Below, piece after piece: positions 39,255-50,146 of a stretch of 64,000 nt of DNA. The first letter of the stretch is position 1. Every line of letters begins with the position of its first letter. This stretch comes from Promethearchaeota archaeon (GTDB taxonomy: Archaea > Asgardarchaeota > Lokiarchaeia > Sigyniarchaeales > SOKP01): contig JBHLNF010000006.1 in NCBI GenBank assembly GCA_048937405.1, positions 1-64,000 of the forward strand. Reading direction: 5' to 3'. The translations under genes and the position numbers were made by a program. Under the pieces are notes generated by a model. That model made no database searches, was not told the DNA's origin, and saw only the letters and a program-made list of their open reading frames with translations.

Positions 39255-41633
39255 TTAAAAATTGATTTTATTTAATTTTTGTTTTTGTTTCCAAGAAAAT
39301 CCTATAATTCCTGCTAACATTATTAGTAATATCAGAACAGTATAAGGTCCTGGAATTCCTTGTTTAGATTTTTTTATCATAACTGAAGAAAAACCTAGAT
39401 TTCCTGCATTATCTAGAGCATAGAAAGTTATATGAACATCCCCATATGATAAATCATTCCATTCATCCTCATCAATTCTTCCATTATAGGTCGTTATTGG
39501 TATGGTTGTGGATCCATTATCTAAGCTATACCAAAAAGAATCTAGATTAATTTCGGTAATTGTAATATTGTAAACTGGTGTTGCTTTAAATTGCTTTCCA
39601 GATAAAGGTTCATATATTGTAATAATTGGATCTATTGTATCTTTATAAAGTGATATTTCAGCAGTACCAATAAGACCTTCTGAATTATTGGCATAAAATC
39701 TAAGAGTAAATATGCCTTCAGCTAAATCATTCCACATGGTTTGATTAATTCGCCCAGAAGTTCCACATGTAATATTTGTTATTCCATCATTTATAGTATA
39801 CCATATAAAAATATAATCTGGACTTAAAGAAAGATTGAAAATCGGAGCAATTTCTGCAAAACCTTGATCCTCTATAGGTGAATCTATACTTATTGTTGGT
39901 GGAGTATACAGTGAAATCCAATTACATGGATAGAAGTATAATTTACCATAGCCATTATGAGGATAATTTGTTAATTTAACATTATAAACAAAAAATTGTC
40001 GTGGGTGATACAGAAATACATGAGGATATGTATATGAAGACACATTTATTTGTATATCATGATTAATAGTATTTCTAACATTATCATCAGCAGTTTCTAA
40101 AATTTCTTCTATTTTTGTATCTAACCAGGGAATATTTATTTGAGCTGAATTGTATTCTGAAGAACTATGCATCAATGGATGGAATATATTATATGGATCA
40201 ATGTAATCTGGAGTCCAACCATTAACAAAAAGACATAATTGATCTTTAAAATCACTTAATTTCATTATAAAAGTATAATAGTCAGATCCATTGTCTTCAA
40301 GGGTAATCCCAATATCTTCAAAACAATCAACTAAAAATGGATATAAATCTGCCCTAAAACCATTATAATAAGAGTAGTTAAAAGTTGCGAGATTCGCAGC
40401 ATGCCAAGCAGAATCATCACGATTATCATTAGCAGTAAGTCCAGTTGTATCGATTCCTGGATCATCAATTAAAGTTTGTCTAGCAATCGTTAAATTATAA
40501 AATGGAGCAATATCTGAGCAATTGTAGTAACCATCTCCAAAACCAGGAGATATTGGACTATAAGCCCTTATTGCATTATTATTTAGCAGCTCTTTGATAA
40601 TATATGAATAATTAATTGCATAGGAAATTGCTTTTCTCCATGTTATATTAATTACTTTATTATTCATCCCTAGATAATTATATGTTAATCCAGGAGTTGG
40701 TGCTTCGACAAGTGCAATATTCGGATCTGCTGCAAAATAAGAATAATATGACTCTAATGGGTCAACTAAATAATCGATATCTCCTGATTGTATCGCAGCA
40801 TTTCTAGCAAATGAATCTTCTATAATTACAAATTTCATTGTGTTAATATTTGCTTTTCCTTGCCAATAAGCATCATAAGCATGAAAATTTATTTCAGTAC
40901 TACTATTATATCCATCATATTCAAAAGGACCAGTTCCGATTAAATCTCCCGTAGAAAGATCAATATAATCAGTTTGGGAATGGAATGCAGGAGAAATCAT
41001 AGAAGCCCCCGTAAAACATAATAAATTTAAAAAGGGTCCATAGGGACCATTAAGATGAATTGTGATATTATATTCATTAACTATATCAATTTGCCTCATA
41101 ATGCCAGTTCCATTAGGAAATTTCCATAATATATGAGTTATTGCTGGATCCATAGTATCTGGAAGTGTTCCTGTAGCGTTCGTTAAATAGTTTATTCTAT
41201 CCAAATTCCATTTAGCAACTGTAGAATTGAATGGAGTATTGTCGTGAAAAAGTATACCTTCTCTGAGTTTAAGATGTAAAGTGATATCATCTTGCCACCA
41301 ATACGATTCAGCAAGCCAATTAATCCGCGACATATCTGGATCTGATAAATTATTTCTAAAAAGACCTTCACAAACCTGATCTATTACATTCACGGAAGAT
41401 ATATCAAAGGAATCAACAGGGTCTATAGTGACTGGTCCTGATTTTATACCAACTACAAAAGGTACATAAAAAATATCGTTAGTATCAAGCTTGAATTCAT
41501 TATCATTATTCATATTAATAATATTATTAGAATTTTGAGGGAATAATTGTAAAAAGTTAAATCCAGTTGATATTAGAAGCCCAAAAAATATATATGTAAA
41601 AATTTTTAAATCTTTTTTTAGATCATGGGTCAT
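39255..41633 (-). CDS. ABC transporter solute-binding protein (family 5) with Ig-like repeats and a Loki-CTERM-like anchor
   Basis: TIDP, EGL, LREGILFHDNTPFN, GTGPF, GWTPDYIDP; two GxxTLRFYANN/FYALDNAGN Ig-like units; GIPGPY+TM+basic tail. Confidence 0.88.
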   Translation of the reverse strand: MTHDLKKDLKIFTYIFFGLLISTGFNFLQLFPQNSNNIINMNNDNEFKLDTNDIFYVPFVVGIKSGPVTIDPVDSFDISSVNVIDQVCEGLFRNNLSDPDMSRINWLAESYWWQDDITLHLKLREGILFHDNTPFNSTVAKWNLDRINYLTNATGTLPDTMDPAITHILWKFPNGTGIMRQIDIVNEYNITIHLNGPYGPFLNLLCFTGASMISPAFHSQTDYIDLSTGDLIGTGPFEYDGYNSSTEINFHAYDAYWQGKANINTMKFVIIEDSFARNAAIQSGDIDYLVDPLESYYSYFAADPNIALVEAPTPGLTYNYLGMNNKVINITWRKAISYAINYSYIIKELLNNNAIRAYSPISPGFGDGYYNCSDIAPFYNLTIARQTLIDDPGIDTTGLTANDNRDDSAWHAANLATFNYSYYNGFRADLYPFLVDCFEDIGITLEDNGSDYYTFIMKLSDFKDQLCLFVNGWTPDYIDPYNIFHPLMHSSSEYNSAQINIPWLDTKIEEILETADDNVRNTINHDIQINVSSYTYPHVFLYHPRQFFVYNVKLTNYPHNGYGKLYFYPCNWISLYTPPTISIDSPIEDQGFAEIAPIFNLSLSPDYIFIWYTINDGITNITCGTSGRINQTMWNDLAEGIFTLRFYANNSEGLIGTAEISLYKDTIDPIITIYEPLSGKQFKATPVYNITITEINLDSFWYSLDNGSTTIPITTYNGRIDEDEWNDLSYGDVHITFYALDNAGNLGFSSVMIKKSKQGIPGPYTVLILLIMLAGIIGFSWKQKQKLNKINF

Positions 41634-41910
41634 TATAAGATATTTTTATTTTTTCCTAATATATAAAGATTTGTACGAATAACCTTTATAGAGTTAAATA
41701 AATAGTAGTAAAACCTAACTTTTAGTTGTAAAATTTACGAGTTACTAGTAAAATATTTAGAGAAAAATATTTTAACTCCACTCGATTAATGAGAAGAGCT
41801 GGTTAATTCTTAGCACTTTTAGAAAAATTTATACTAAAAGATTTATCTTTAGAATTATATTGAAAGATCTATCTTTCGATTAAAAGAGATATTTTATTTA
41901 TGAACATATA

Positions 41911-42885
41911 ATGTTTTCAAGCGAACATATGATTAGAAAACAGGAAATCATTGCCTATTTATTATTAATCTTAACTATGGTTATTTGGGGTGGTACTTGG
42001 CCACTAGGTCGATGGTTAGTATCTGAAGAAGTTGGAGGTGAAACAATCCCTCCATTTATGATCGCTTTTATTCGCTATTTCTTAGCAATAATTTGTTTTT
42101 TTCTTATCCTCAAATATAAAGAAGGTACACTAAATTGGCAATTTGCCAAAAAAAATTGGAAAATATTAATAATAATGGGACTGCTTTCTGTGACAATTTA
42201 TCAAGCAGGTTATCTTATAGGAGAAATTTTTACAGCTGCTAGCGATGCAAGTATAATGGTAGCTACAAATGCTATTTGGGTTGTAATTCTTTCAAGCACT
42301 TTTTTAAAGACAGAATTTTTTACATGGAAAAAAGTGTCTGGGACTTTATTAGCTTTTATAGCTATTATTATCGTTGTAGGTTTTTCTCCAAATGTTGAAG
42401 TTTCTAATCGGATATTAGGAGATGTTTTAATTTTGTTAGCAGCCTTTGCATATGCTACGTATACTGTTATTTCACGCTATTTTATCAACAAAAGTAAAAT
42501 TAAGCCTGATTCTTATCAACCAAGTTCGATATGGATTATGACGTGGGTATCTTTTTTTGGTTTTTTAACAACCACTCCAATAGCTTTAGTTTTCAATCCA
42601 GAATTTCTCAATCCACTTGAATATATTTCAATACCCTCCCGTATATGGATTGGTATTATATATTTAGCGTTTTTATCCACAGTAGGAGCATATACCTTTT
42701 ATCTAGAAGGTGTAAAACGTTTGGATGCCAGTCGAGCGGCAATTTTCCAAACATTAGTACCTCTATTTGGTGTCATTTTCTCAGCAATATTTTTACAAGA
42801 AAAGTTCGATATTTTTATTTACCCTTTTGCCTTATTCTTGGTAATTTTTGGAATATATCTTGTAAATTATAAGTCCTCCTCTTAA
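41911..42885 (+). CDS. DMT/EamA family transporter
   Basis: IWGGTW, RY, GDVLILLAAFAYATYTV, G..YLA..ST..AY, LVPLFG....LQE. Confidence 0.9.
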   Translation: MFSSEHMIRKQEIIAYLLLILTMVIWGGTWPLGRWLVSEEVGGETIPPFMIAFIRYFLAIICFFLILKYKEGTLNWQFAKKNWKILIIMGLLSVTIYQAGYLIGEIFTAASDASIMVATNAIWVVILSSTFLKTEFFTWKKVSGTLLAFIAIIIVVGFSPNVEVSNRILGDVLILLAAFAYATYTVISRYFINKSKIKPDSYQPSSIWIMTWVSFFGFLTTTPIALVFNPEFLNPLEYISIPSRIWIGIIYLAFLSTVGAYTFYLEGVKRLDASRAAIFQTLVPLFGVIFSAIFLQEKFDIFIYPFALFLVIFGIYLVNYKSSS

Positions 42886-43167
42886 ATTGAAGATTAAATC
42901 TTTTCAAAGAGTAATAAAAAATTTTATCATAAATACCAACTTCCAGATTCTATTTCTGGAGAAATTACTGTAGTTTACAAAAGAAATTTTGGTCAATTTA
43001 ATAAAGAAAATAATTCCTTTATAGAGGGATTATTTATGTATATAGTTTAAAAAAGATATAGAAGATGAATAATTTCATAAATACTAAAAAATTTAATAAT
43101 CATATTTAAGTATTTAATTGAAAATATAAGAAAATAGATAAGACTTAATAATACTTCAGGTTATATC

Positions 43168-43437
43168 ATGTCTGACTCATCTAAATCAGACTTGGAAAAT
43201 AAAATAAAAGCAGAATATAATAAGAAATTAAAAGATTTAGAAACTAAATTGGTAAAATTACACTACGAATTAAAAAAAATTGAAGGGATTTTCACTCACG
43301 AAACGAAAAGAGTCGATCATTTAAAGCTTTCTAAATTAAAAGCAAAAAGATCAGAATTAAACTCAAATATTATTCAAATAAGAAAAGAAATAAAAAAAGT
43401 TCAAAAAGAAAAAATTAAGAAACTAAGAAAATTGTAA
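43168..43437 (+). CDS. Small basic coiled-coil protein
   Basis: Heptad-rich K/E/L ORF. Confidence 0.55.
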   Translation: MSDSSKSDLENKIKAEYNKKLKDLETKLVKLHYELKKIEGIFTHETKRVDHLKLSKLKAKRSELNSNIIQIRKEIKKVQKEKIKKLRKL

Positions 43438-43559
43438 AAAAACTAAGTTGATCTCACTAAATATGGTATAAATATAATTTTAAAAATAATGACCTGGAAA
43501 TTTTATATAAAATCAACTAAATGTTTTTATATTTTAATTTTTTCCTTTAACAAAGAAGA

Positions 43560-43907
43560 ATGAAGGACAAAAAAGATTATTATGAGCTTTTGGGTATTGA
43601 TAAAAATTCTTCGGAAGAGGAGATTAAGTTAGCTTATAGAAGATTGGCTAAAAAATTCCATCCTGATCTAAATAAATCAGATCCTCAAGCGAAAGAAAAA
43701 TTTATAGAAATAAAAGAAGCTTATGAGACATTAATAGATCCTTCAAAACGTAAAATATATGATCAATTAAAGTATAATCCTCGAACATTTGATTGGAGTG
43801 ATCTATTGAGAATAACAAATTTTAATATTTTTAGACAGATATTAATAGAAATATATAGAAATCGAACTCCTTATAATAAATCACCTCCAGAAGGAATGTA
43901 CATCTAA
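43560..43907 (+). CDS. Stand-alone J-domain (DnaJ-like) protein
   Basis: DYYELLG...[17 protein letters not shown]...KF..I.EAYETL.DP.KR..YD. Confidence 0.92.
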   Translation: MKDKKDYYELLGIDKNSSEEEIKLAYRRLAKKFHPDLNKSDPQAKEKFIEIKEAYETLIDPSKRKIYDQLKYNPRTFDWSDLLRITNFNIFRQILIEIYRNRTPYNKSPPEGMYI

Positions 43908-44038
43908 TTCTATATTAGAGATCATGAAAAAGATGATTTATTTTATCAAAAAAGGAGTATACAAATCATGCGTTTAGTTTTCTAGATCTTAATTAATTTA
44001 TGAAAAAATAATTAAAATGAAGAAATGATAATATAATT

Positions 44039-44164
44039 ATGACTGAAACAATTCAAGAAATGGGAAATTGTGAAAAGTGTGGTGCGGAGATCAATCTCGC
44101 TGAAGCATGGCGAGTTAATGAGGAATACTATTGCCAAAATTGCTTTGAGAAATTAAATCTCTAA
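44039..44164 (+). CDS. 41-aa CxxC...CxxC zinc-finger micro-protein (not in the ORF track)
   Basis: MTETIQEMGNCEKCGAEINLAEAWRVNEEYYCQNCFEKLNL*. Confidence 0.75.
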   Translation: MTETIQEMGNCEKCGAEINLAEAWRVNEEYYCQNCFEKLNL

Positions 44165-44706
44165 CTTTATTTCTTTAAATCATAAGATTTAAGTATAATT
44201 TACATATTTAATTCATTTTCTGTAAATAAATAGTATTTTGATACAATACGTTGATGCTACTTACACAGTAATTTTCTTAATTCAAAAATTCCCTTCTTTT
44301 ATCACTTTACTATTATTTAATAATTCACTTATTTTTATTTTTCAAGAATCATTCCATTTTTATCCAGTATCATCAAAAGTAGAATTCTCCAGAATTTATT
44401 CGAGCACCTGAAATTAAAGAGTTAAAGAGGGAAGATGTTAACAAGATATTTATCTTTATGTTGTTATCTATATTTGTAATAAGAAATTCTCTATCATGCT
44501 TGCTTATTTAAATTTATGTTTTTTCGGAAATCGTTGATTTGCAATCTTATTAACATTATAAATTCATCAATTTTGCTGTATTTACCTGAATAATAGAAAT
44601 ATTCAATTAGAATTTTTACGGCGATAACACGTGAGAGAATTATAATTTTTATGCAATGTTATTAAAAAAGTGATTAGCTTACATCTTAATAATATATGAT
44701 TAGAAT

Positions 44707-46101
44707 ATGAGAAAAATAAACACTAAGATGTTATTTCACAAATCTACGAATAATACTTTTATTTATATTATTGCGATGGTATCAGGAATTAGCGGGATGT
44801 TATTTGGTTATGATACTGGTGTTATATCTGGTGCTATTCTATTTATCAAGCAAGATTATACTCTTTTACCATTTTTACAGGAATTAATTGTTAGTGCTGT
44901 ATTAATTGGAGCAATAATCGGAGCTTTTATAGGGGGATCGTTAGCTGATCGTTATGGACGAAGAAAAATGATTATTATTGCCGCAATTATATTTGCTGGT
45001 GGTGCTATTGGGACCTCATTAACAATCGATATATTATTCCTGGTCATAGGAAGAGTAATTGTAGGAATTGCTATAGGGATGGCATCCTTTATTGCTCCAC
45101 TCTATATCTCTGAAATGTCTCCACCAAAGATTAGAGGATCATTAGTGTCTTTGAATCAATTATTTATTACTATAGGAATTGTCATATCTTACTTGGTGGA
45201 TTATGCCTTTACACCTATAAGTGGGTGGCGTTATATGCTTGGTTTAGCAGCTATTCCTGCTCTTATATTATTAATAGCAATGATCTTTATGCCAAACAGC
45301 CCACGATGGCTAATTAATAAAGGAAAGGTAAATAAAGCACGTTCTACATTAATTGAGATTCGAAGGACAAATAATATCAATAATGAACTCAATGAAATTA
45401 TCACTAGCCTCGATAAGCAAAAAGGAGGAAGAAAAGATTTGCTTAATCCTTTAATAAGACCTGCAATGATTGTGGGTATATCATTAGCGATTTTTCAACA
45501 AGTTACTGGAATTAACACCGTGATATATTATGCCCCAACCATTTTTGAATTTGCAGGATTTCAATCAGCTGCAGCTGCTATCTTTGCTACAATCATAGTT
45601 GGAATTGTGAATGTGGGCTTTACTATTATTGCAATATTTTTGTTGGATCGCGTCGGACGGCGTAAATTATTGTTACTCGGTTTAACTGGCATGAGTGGGA
45701 TGCTTATAATGCTAGGGTTTGTATTCTTTTTACCAAGTTTATTAAATCAATTAGGAACGTTAGCAGCAATCAGTTTAATAGCATATGTCGCCTTTTTTGC
45801 AATTGGATTGGGACCAGTATTTTGGTTATTAATATCTGAGATATACCCTCTGAAAGTTAGAGGACGTGCAATGAGCGTTGTAACAGAAGCTAACTGGGGA
45901 TCTAACTTGATCATTGCGCTAACCTTTTTAACTTTGATACAATTATTAGGACGTTCAGGTACATTTTGGTTTTATGCCATTGTAGGAATAATGGCATTAA
46001 TCTTTACATATATTTACGTTCCAGAAACTAAGGGAAGAACCCTAGAAGAAATTGAAGAACATTGGCGTGGTGGAAAACATCCACGAGAATTGGGGAAGTG
46101 A
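44707..46101 (+). CDS. Sugar porter family MFS transporter (GalP/XylE-like)
   Basis: FGYDTGVISGA, DRYGRR, PLYISEMSP..RG, PNSPRWL, QQVTGIN..YY, SEIYPL.VRG, PETKGRTLEEI. Confidence 0.95.
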   Translation: MRKINTKMLFHKSTNNTFIYIIAMVSGISGMLFGYDTGVISGAILFIKQDYTLLPFLQELIVSAVLIGAIIGAFIGGSLADRYGRRKMIIIAAIIFAGGAIGTSLTIDILFLVIGRVIVGIAIGMASFIAPLYISEMSPPKIRGSLVSLNQLFITIGIVISYLVDYAFTPISGWRYMLGLAAIPALILLIAMIFMPNSPRWLINKGKVNKARSTLIEIRRTNNINNELNEIITSLDKQKGGRKDLLNPLIRPAMIVGISLAIFQQVTGINTVIYYAPTIFEFAGFQSAAAAIFATIIVGIVNVGFTIIAIFLLDRVGRRKLLLLGLTGMSGMLIMLGFVFFLPSLLNQLGTLAAISLIAYVAFFAIGLGPVFWLLISEIYPLKVRGRAMSVVTEANWGSNLIIALTFLTLIQLLGRSGTFWFYAIVGIMALIFTYIYVPETKGRTLEEIEEHWRGGKHPRELGK

Positions 46102-46107
46102 TATTTT

Positions 46108-48528
46108 ATGAATCAAATGGAATCAGACTATGATGGTGAGGCACCAGGATACCCTGGAAAAGAGCCCAGTTGGACATCAAGTACAAAAGATGGAGTAGGG
46201 ACATCAATATCACATGAAAGTTTAGTTTGGTTTACATTATCTAATGGTATAATTGATGAGGTATATTATCCTCGTATTGATCAAGCTGATATTCGCGACT
46301 TTCAATTTCTTATTTCTGATAATACTAATTTTTTCGAAGAAGAAAGAATTAACTGTGATCATAAGATTTCAACATTAAAGGAGGGAGTACCGGTATATAA
46401 GATCACAAATACCTCACATAAAAGAAGATATATGATAGAAAAAATAATTCTAACTGATCCTCGAAGGAATGTACTCTTGTTAAAAGTAAAGTTTACTCCC
46501 TTGAAAGGAAATTTAGATGAATATCATCTTTATACAATTTTAAATCCTCATATTAAAAACTTTGGTTATGGAAACAATAGCTGGGTGGGTAATTATAAAG
46601 GCGTTCCTATGCTTTTTGCTCAGAGAGAAAATATTGTACTAGCATTAGCATGTTCTACACCTTTTTTTAACATGAGCTGTGGGTATTATGGTATAAGTGA
46701 TGGTTGGCAAGATATAAATAAAAATCATATTTTAAAGCATCGATATTCTCACGCATCAAATGGAAATGTTGTAATAACGGGAGAAATTGATTTGAAAGTA
46801 AGTAGGGGAAATTTTATTATTGCAGTTGCATTTGGTAATAATCCGGCAGAAGCAGGACAACTTGCCCGTGCTACTTTGTATAACAATATTAATCAAATAA
46901 TTGAGGCTTACATGTCTTCTTGGTTAAAATTTCAGCAAAATTGTACAAACTTAGGTCATGTTGGAGAAAAAGGATTTAATATTTACCGGTTGAGTATTGT
47001 AGTTTTAAAGACTCATATGGATAAACGCTTTTCAGATGGCACAATAGCGAGTTTATCAATTCCTTGGGGATTTGCGAAAGGTGACGATGATTTAGGGGGT
47101 TATCACTTAGTATGGCCTAGGGATCTTGTTGAAACTGCAGGTGGGCTTCTTGCAGTGGGAGCTAATTTAGAAGCTTTACAAATTATGATTTATTTAATGA
47201 GTACTCAAAATAAAGATGGACACTGGCCTCAAAATATGTGGTTAGATGGCACCGAATATTGGCATGGAATACAAATGGATGAAACTGCTTTTCCAATATT
47301 ACTAGCAAATGCTTTAAAAGAAAAAGGGCTACTTAAAGAGATTAATATTTGGCCTACTATAAGGAAAGCCGTGAGTTATATAGCATGTAATGGTCCTGTC
47401 TCTCAAGAGGATCGATGGGAAGAAGATTCAGGTTATTCTCCCTTCACTTTAGCAGTAGAAATTGCTGCTTTACTCATTGCATCAGAATTTGCTAGAGAAG
47501 CAGGAGAATTGCAAATTGCGAAATATTTAACAGAATTAGCAGACAATTGGAATTCCAATATCGAAAAATGGACTTATGTTAAGAATTCACATCTCGCCAA
47601 AAGGCTAAATGTCGAAGGTTATTATGTTCGAATAAGTCCTCCTGATCTTCCGGATGTCACTTCTCCCAAGGATGGTTATGTTCCAATTAAAAATAGACCT
47701 CCTGGTGAAAGTAAAGCTCTTTTTGAATATATCGTTAGTCCCGATGCGTTAGCTTTAGTACGATTTGGATTACGTGCTGCTGATGATATAAGAATAGTCA
47801 ACACAGTGAAAGTTATTGATTCTATGTTAAAAACAATAACTTCTACTGGTCCTACATGGCATCGTTATAATAAGGATGGTTATGGAGAACATTCAAATGG
47901 AGATCCTTTCGATGGTACTGGAATTGGTAGGGGATGGCCACTTTTAGCAGGTGAACGTGCTCACTATGAATTAGCGAAAGGCGATATTGATACAGCAAGA
48001 AAGCTTTTAAAAGTGATAGAAGCGCAGGTTGGTTCGGGAGGACTTATTCCCGAACAAATTTGGGATGCAGATGATATTCCTCAAAAAAATCTGTATAATG
48101 GGCATCCCTCAGGTTCCGCCATGCCCTTGGTCTGGGCGCATTCTGAATATGTAAAATTAGTGCGATCATTAGAAGATAACAAAATTTTTGATATGCCACT
48201 TCAAACTAAACTAAGATATGTTGAAGAAAACCATCCATCGAATCTAAAAATCTGGAAATATAATCATAAATTTTCTCAAATGAGCTTAGGAAAGATTTTG
48301 AGAATTGAATTGAGAGCTGAAGCTAGTGTTCGATGGTCCAGTAATGATTGGAATACCTTTCAAGAGTCTAAAACAATTGATACAGGGTTAGGTATCTATT
48401 ATGTAGATTTACCGACAAAAGATATGGATAAACCAGTAAATTTGAGTTTTACCTTCCATTGGTTAAACCAAGATAAATGGGAAAATTCAAATTATGAAAT
48501 CGAATTGACTTCTAAGAGTCCTGATTAA
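46108..48528 (+). CDS. Glucan 1,4-alpha-glucosidase / glucoamylase (GH15 with glucodextranase-N domain)
   Basis: GGYHLVWPRD, QMDETA, DRWEE, RYNKDGYGE, GRGWPLLAGERAHYE, LIPEQIW, PLVWAHSEY. Confidence 0.93.
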   Translation: MNQMESDYDGEAPGYPGKEPSWTSSTKDGVGTSISHESLVWFTLSNGIIDEVYYPRIDQADIRDFQFLISDNTNFFEEERINCDHKISTLKEGVPVYKITNTSHKRRYMIEKIILTDPRRNVLLLKVKFTPLKGNLDEYHLYTILNPHIKNFGYGNNSWVGNYKGVPMLFAQRENIVLALACSTPFFNMSCGYYGISDGWQDINKNHILKHRYSHASNGNVVITGEIDLKVSRGNFIIAVAFGNNPAEAGQLARATLYNNINQIIEAYMSSWLKFQQNCTNLGHVGEKGFNIYRLSIVVLKTHMDKRFSDGTIASLSIPWGFAKGDDDLGGYHLVWPRDLVETAGGLLAVGANLEALQIMIYLMSTQNKDGHWPQNMWLDGTEYWHGIQMDETAFPILLANALKEKGLLKEINIWPTIRKAVSYIACNGPVSQEDRWEEDSGYSPFTLAVEIAALLIASEFAREAGELQIAKYLTELADNWNSNIEKWTYVKNSHLAKRLNVEGYYVRISPPDLPDVTSPKDGYVPIKNRPPGESKALFEYIVSPDALALVRFGLRAADDIRIVNTVKVIDSMLKTITSTGPTWHRYNKDGYGEHSNGDPFDGTGIGRGWPLLAGERAHYELAKGDIDTARKLLKVIEAQVGSGGLIPEQIWDADDIPQKNLYNGHPSGSAMPLVWAHSEYVKLVRSLEDNKIFDMPLQTKLRYVEENHPSNLKIWKYNHKFSQMSLGKILRIELRAEASVRWSSNDWNTFQESKTIDTGLGIYYVDLPTKDMDKPVNLSFTFHWLNQDKWENSNYEIELTSKSPD

Positions 48529-48751
48529 TAAATATTTTATTTTAGCCATTATAAGAAAAAGACTTAAATATCCATTGTTACTAAAGATTCAAATTTTGTT
48601 TTAAGTAAAATTTGATTTAGTAATTTTTTTTTTAATTAACATTGATCTAGCAATTTATTCAGGGATAATAATGGAGTTTAGAGGAATTAATATATTTATA
48701 CCTCATGAAAAAGATATAAAAAGTAATCAAGAATTCCATAAGATAATTTAA

Positions 48752-49258
48752 TTAATTGATTTTTTTATTATTACCTTCGTTATCATTGTTTTTGTTAATT
48801 TCAGGAATAATAATTGAATGATCTTCTTTAATCCGGTCTAAAACAATTTCTGTTTTAACTTCTTCAACTCCCGGTAAATTACGGAGTTTTTCTATTAGAC
48901 CCATCGAATCTTGATGATTCAGACATTTTGCCATAATGAATAAAGGATATTCACCTGTTACTACATACGCATATTTAACTTTATCCATGTTTTCAATCTC
49001 AGTTTTAACGTCTTCTAAGGGATATGATGCGTTTACTCTTAATGAAGCCATAACCATTTCTCGATACCCTAATTCTCTACAATCTATCAATGCAACGTAT
49101 TTTTTAATATAGTCTTTCTCAAGGCGTTGTAACCGGCTTCTTACAGCCGTTTGACTCTTGCCAACTACATAAGATATCTCTTTTATAGTAATTTTAGCAT
49201 CATTTTGGAGAAGTTCCAAGATTTGTCTATCAATATCATTTATATTTTCTATTGTCAT
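48752..49258 (-). CDS. Lrp/AsnC family transcriptional regulator
   Basis: DIDRQILELLQNDAK......S.TAV.SRL.RLE; VTGEY; divergent from the Hdr operon. Confidence 0.92.
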   Translation of the reverse strand: MTIENINDIDRQILELLQNDAKITIKEISYVVGKSQTAVRSRLQRLEKDYIKKYVALIDCRELGYREMVMASLRVNASYPLEDVKTEIENMDKVKYAYVVTGEYPLFIMAKCLNHQDSMGLIEKLRNLPGVEEVKTEIVLDRIKEDHSIIIPEINKNNDNEGNNKKIN

Positions 49259-49509
49259 TTAAAAAATCATCCTTTCTTAAAATTTTAAACTAAATTCATC
49301 TATATTAAATAATAATTAGTTTTTAAAGTATATAATTTTTTTCACTATTTTAAGTTTAATCATTAGATTTATTCGCTATTTTTACCCAAGATTTATAGAA
49401 AAAAAAACTATAATTTATATATGAATTTGCATTTTTAACTAATAAAGTAATTACATATAGATTATTATAATAGTAAAAAAATAAAAAATAGAAAAAAAAA
49501 CTAAAAAAA

Positions 49510-49743
49510 GTGAAAAAAATGGCAGTTCATACATTTAATTATACTGGCTTAAAATGTCCAATGCCAGTTTTGAAAACCAAAAAGGAATTAAGAAAATTAG
49601 CTTCTGGAGATGTTCTAGAGGTAATTGCTGATGATGTCGGTGCTAAAAAGGATATACCGGCGTTAGTTAATAAATCCGGCGATGAATTAATAGAACTTAG
49701 AGAAGATAATGGAAATATTACATTTGTAATAAAAAAAGCATAA
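49510..49743 (+). CDS. tusA: TusA/SirA-family sulfur carrier
   Basis: GLKCPMPVLKT...GDVLEVIADD...DIP. Confidence 0.9.
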   Translation: MKKMAVHTFNYTGLKCPMPVLKTKKELRKLASGDVLEVIADDVGAKKDIPALVNKSGDELIELREDNGNITFVIKKA

Positions 49744-49772
49744 ACTTCAAAGATTAGAGGTTCTGGAAGACT

Positions 49773-50141
49773 ATGAAAACTTATACTTTCTTTGTAAGCA
49801 CTGAGCCTTATAAATTTGAAGCTGTAGATTCATTGATTGAAATAGCAAAAGCTGTGTTAAAAAAAGGTAATTCAATTCGAGGGATATTTTTCTTTGGAAC
49901 AGGCGTATATAATCTTAAAAGGGATATAAGCTGTGGTACTTCAATTAGAAATATTCCAAGTAAAATCCAACAATTTTGTAGAGAAAATAACATTCCTGTA
50001 GCTGGCTGTAGCACTTGGGTTAGTATTACAGGATTAAAAGAACCAGAATTTATTGAAGGAGCGACTGAAGAAGGTTTAGGTGACTTTTCAAATTGGGTTA
50101 TTGAATCAAATAAATTAATTGTATTTGGAGCTGGAGGTTAA
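49773..50141 (+). CDS. dsrE: DsrE/TusD-like sulfur relay protein
   Basis: PY, IFFFGTGVYN, conserved Cys in VAGCST, GLGDF; first gene of an E-F-H triad. Confidence 0.78.
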   Translation: MKTYTFFVSTEPYKFEAVDSLIEIAKAVLKKGNSIRGIFFFGTGVYNLKRDISCGTSIRNIPSKIQQFCRENNIPVAGCSTWVSITGLKEPEFIEGATEEGLGDFSNWVIESNKLIVFGAGG

Positions 50142-50146
50142 GAAAG

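Noticed and set aside
44165-44706. Possible hidden gene in the long intergenic gap
   Set aside because: No convincing open frame or motif on either strand by eye; may be decayed sequence.
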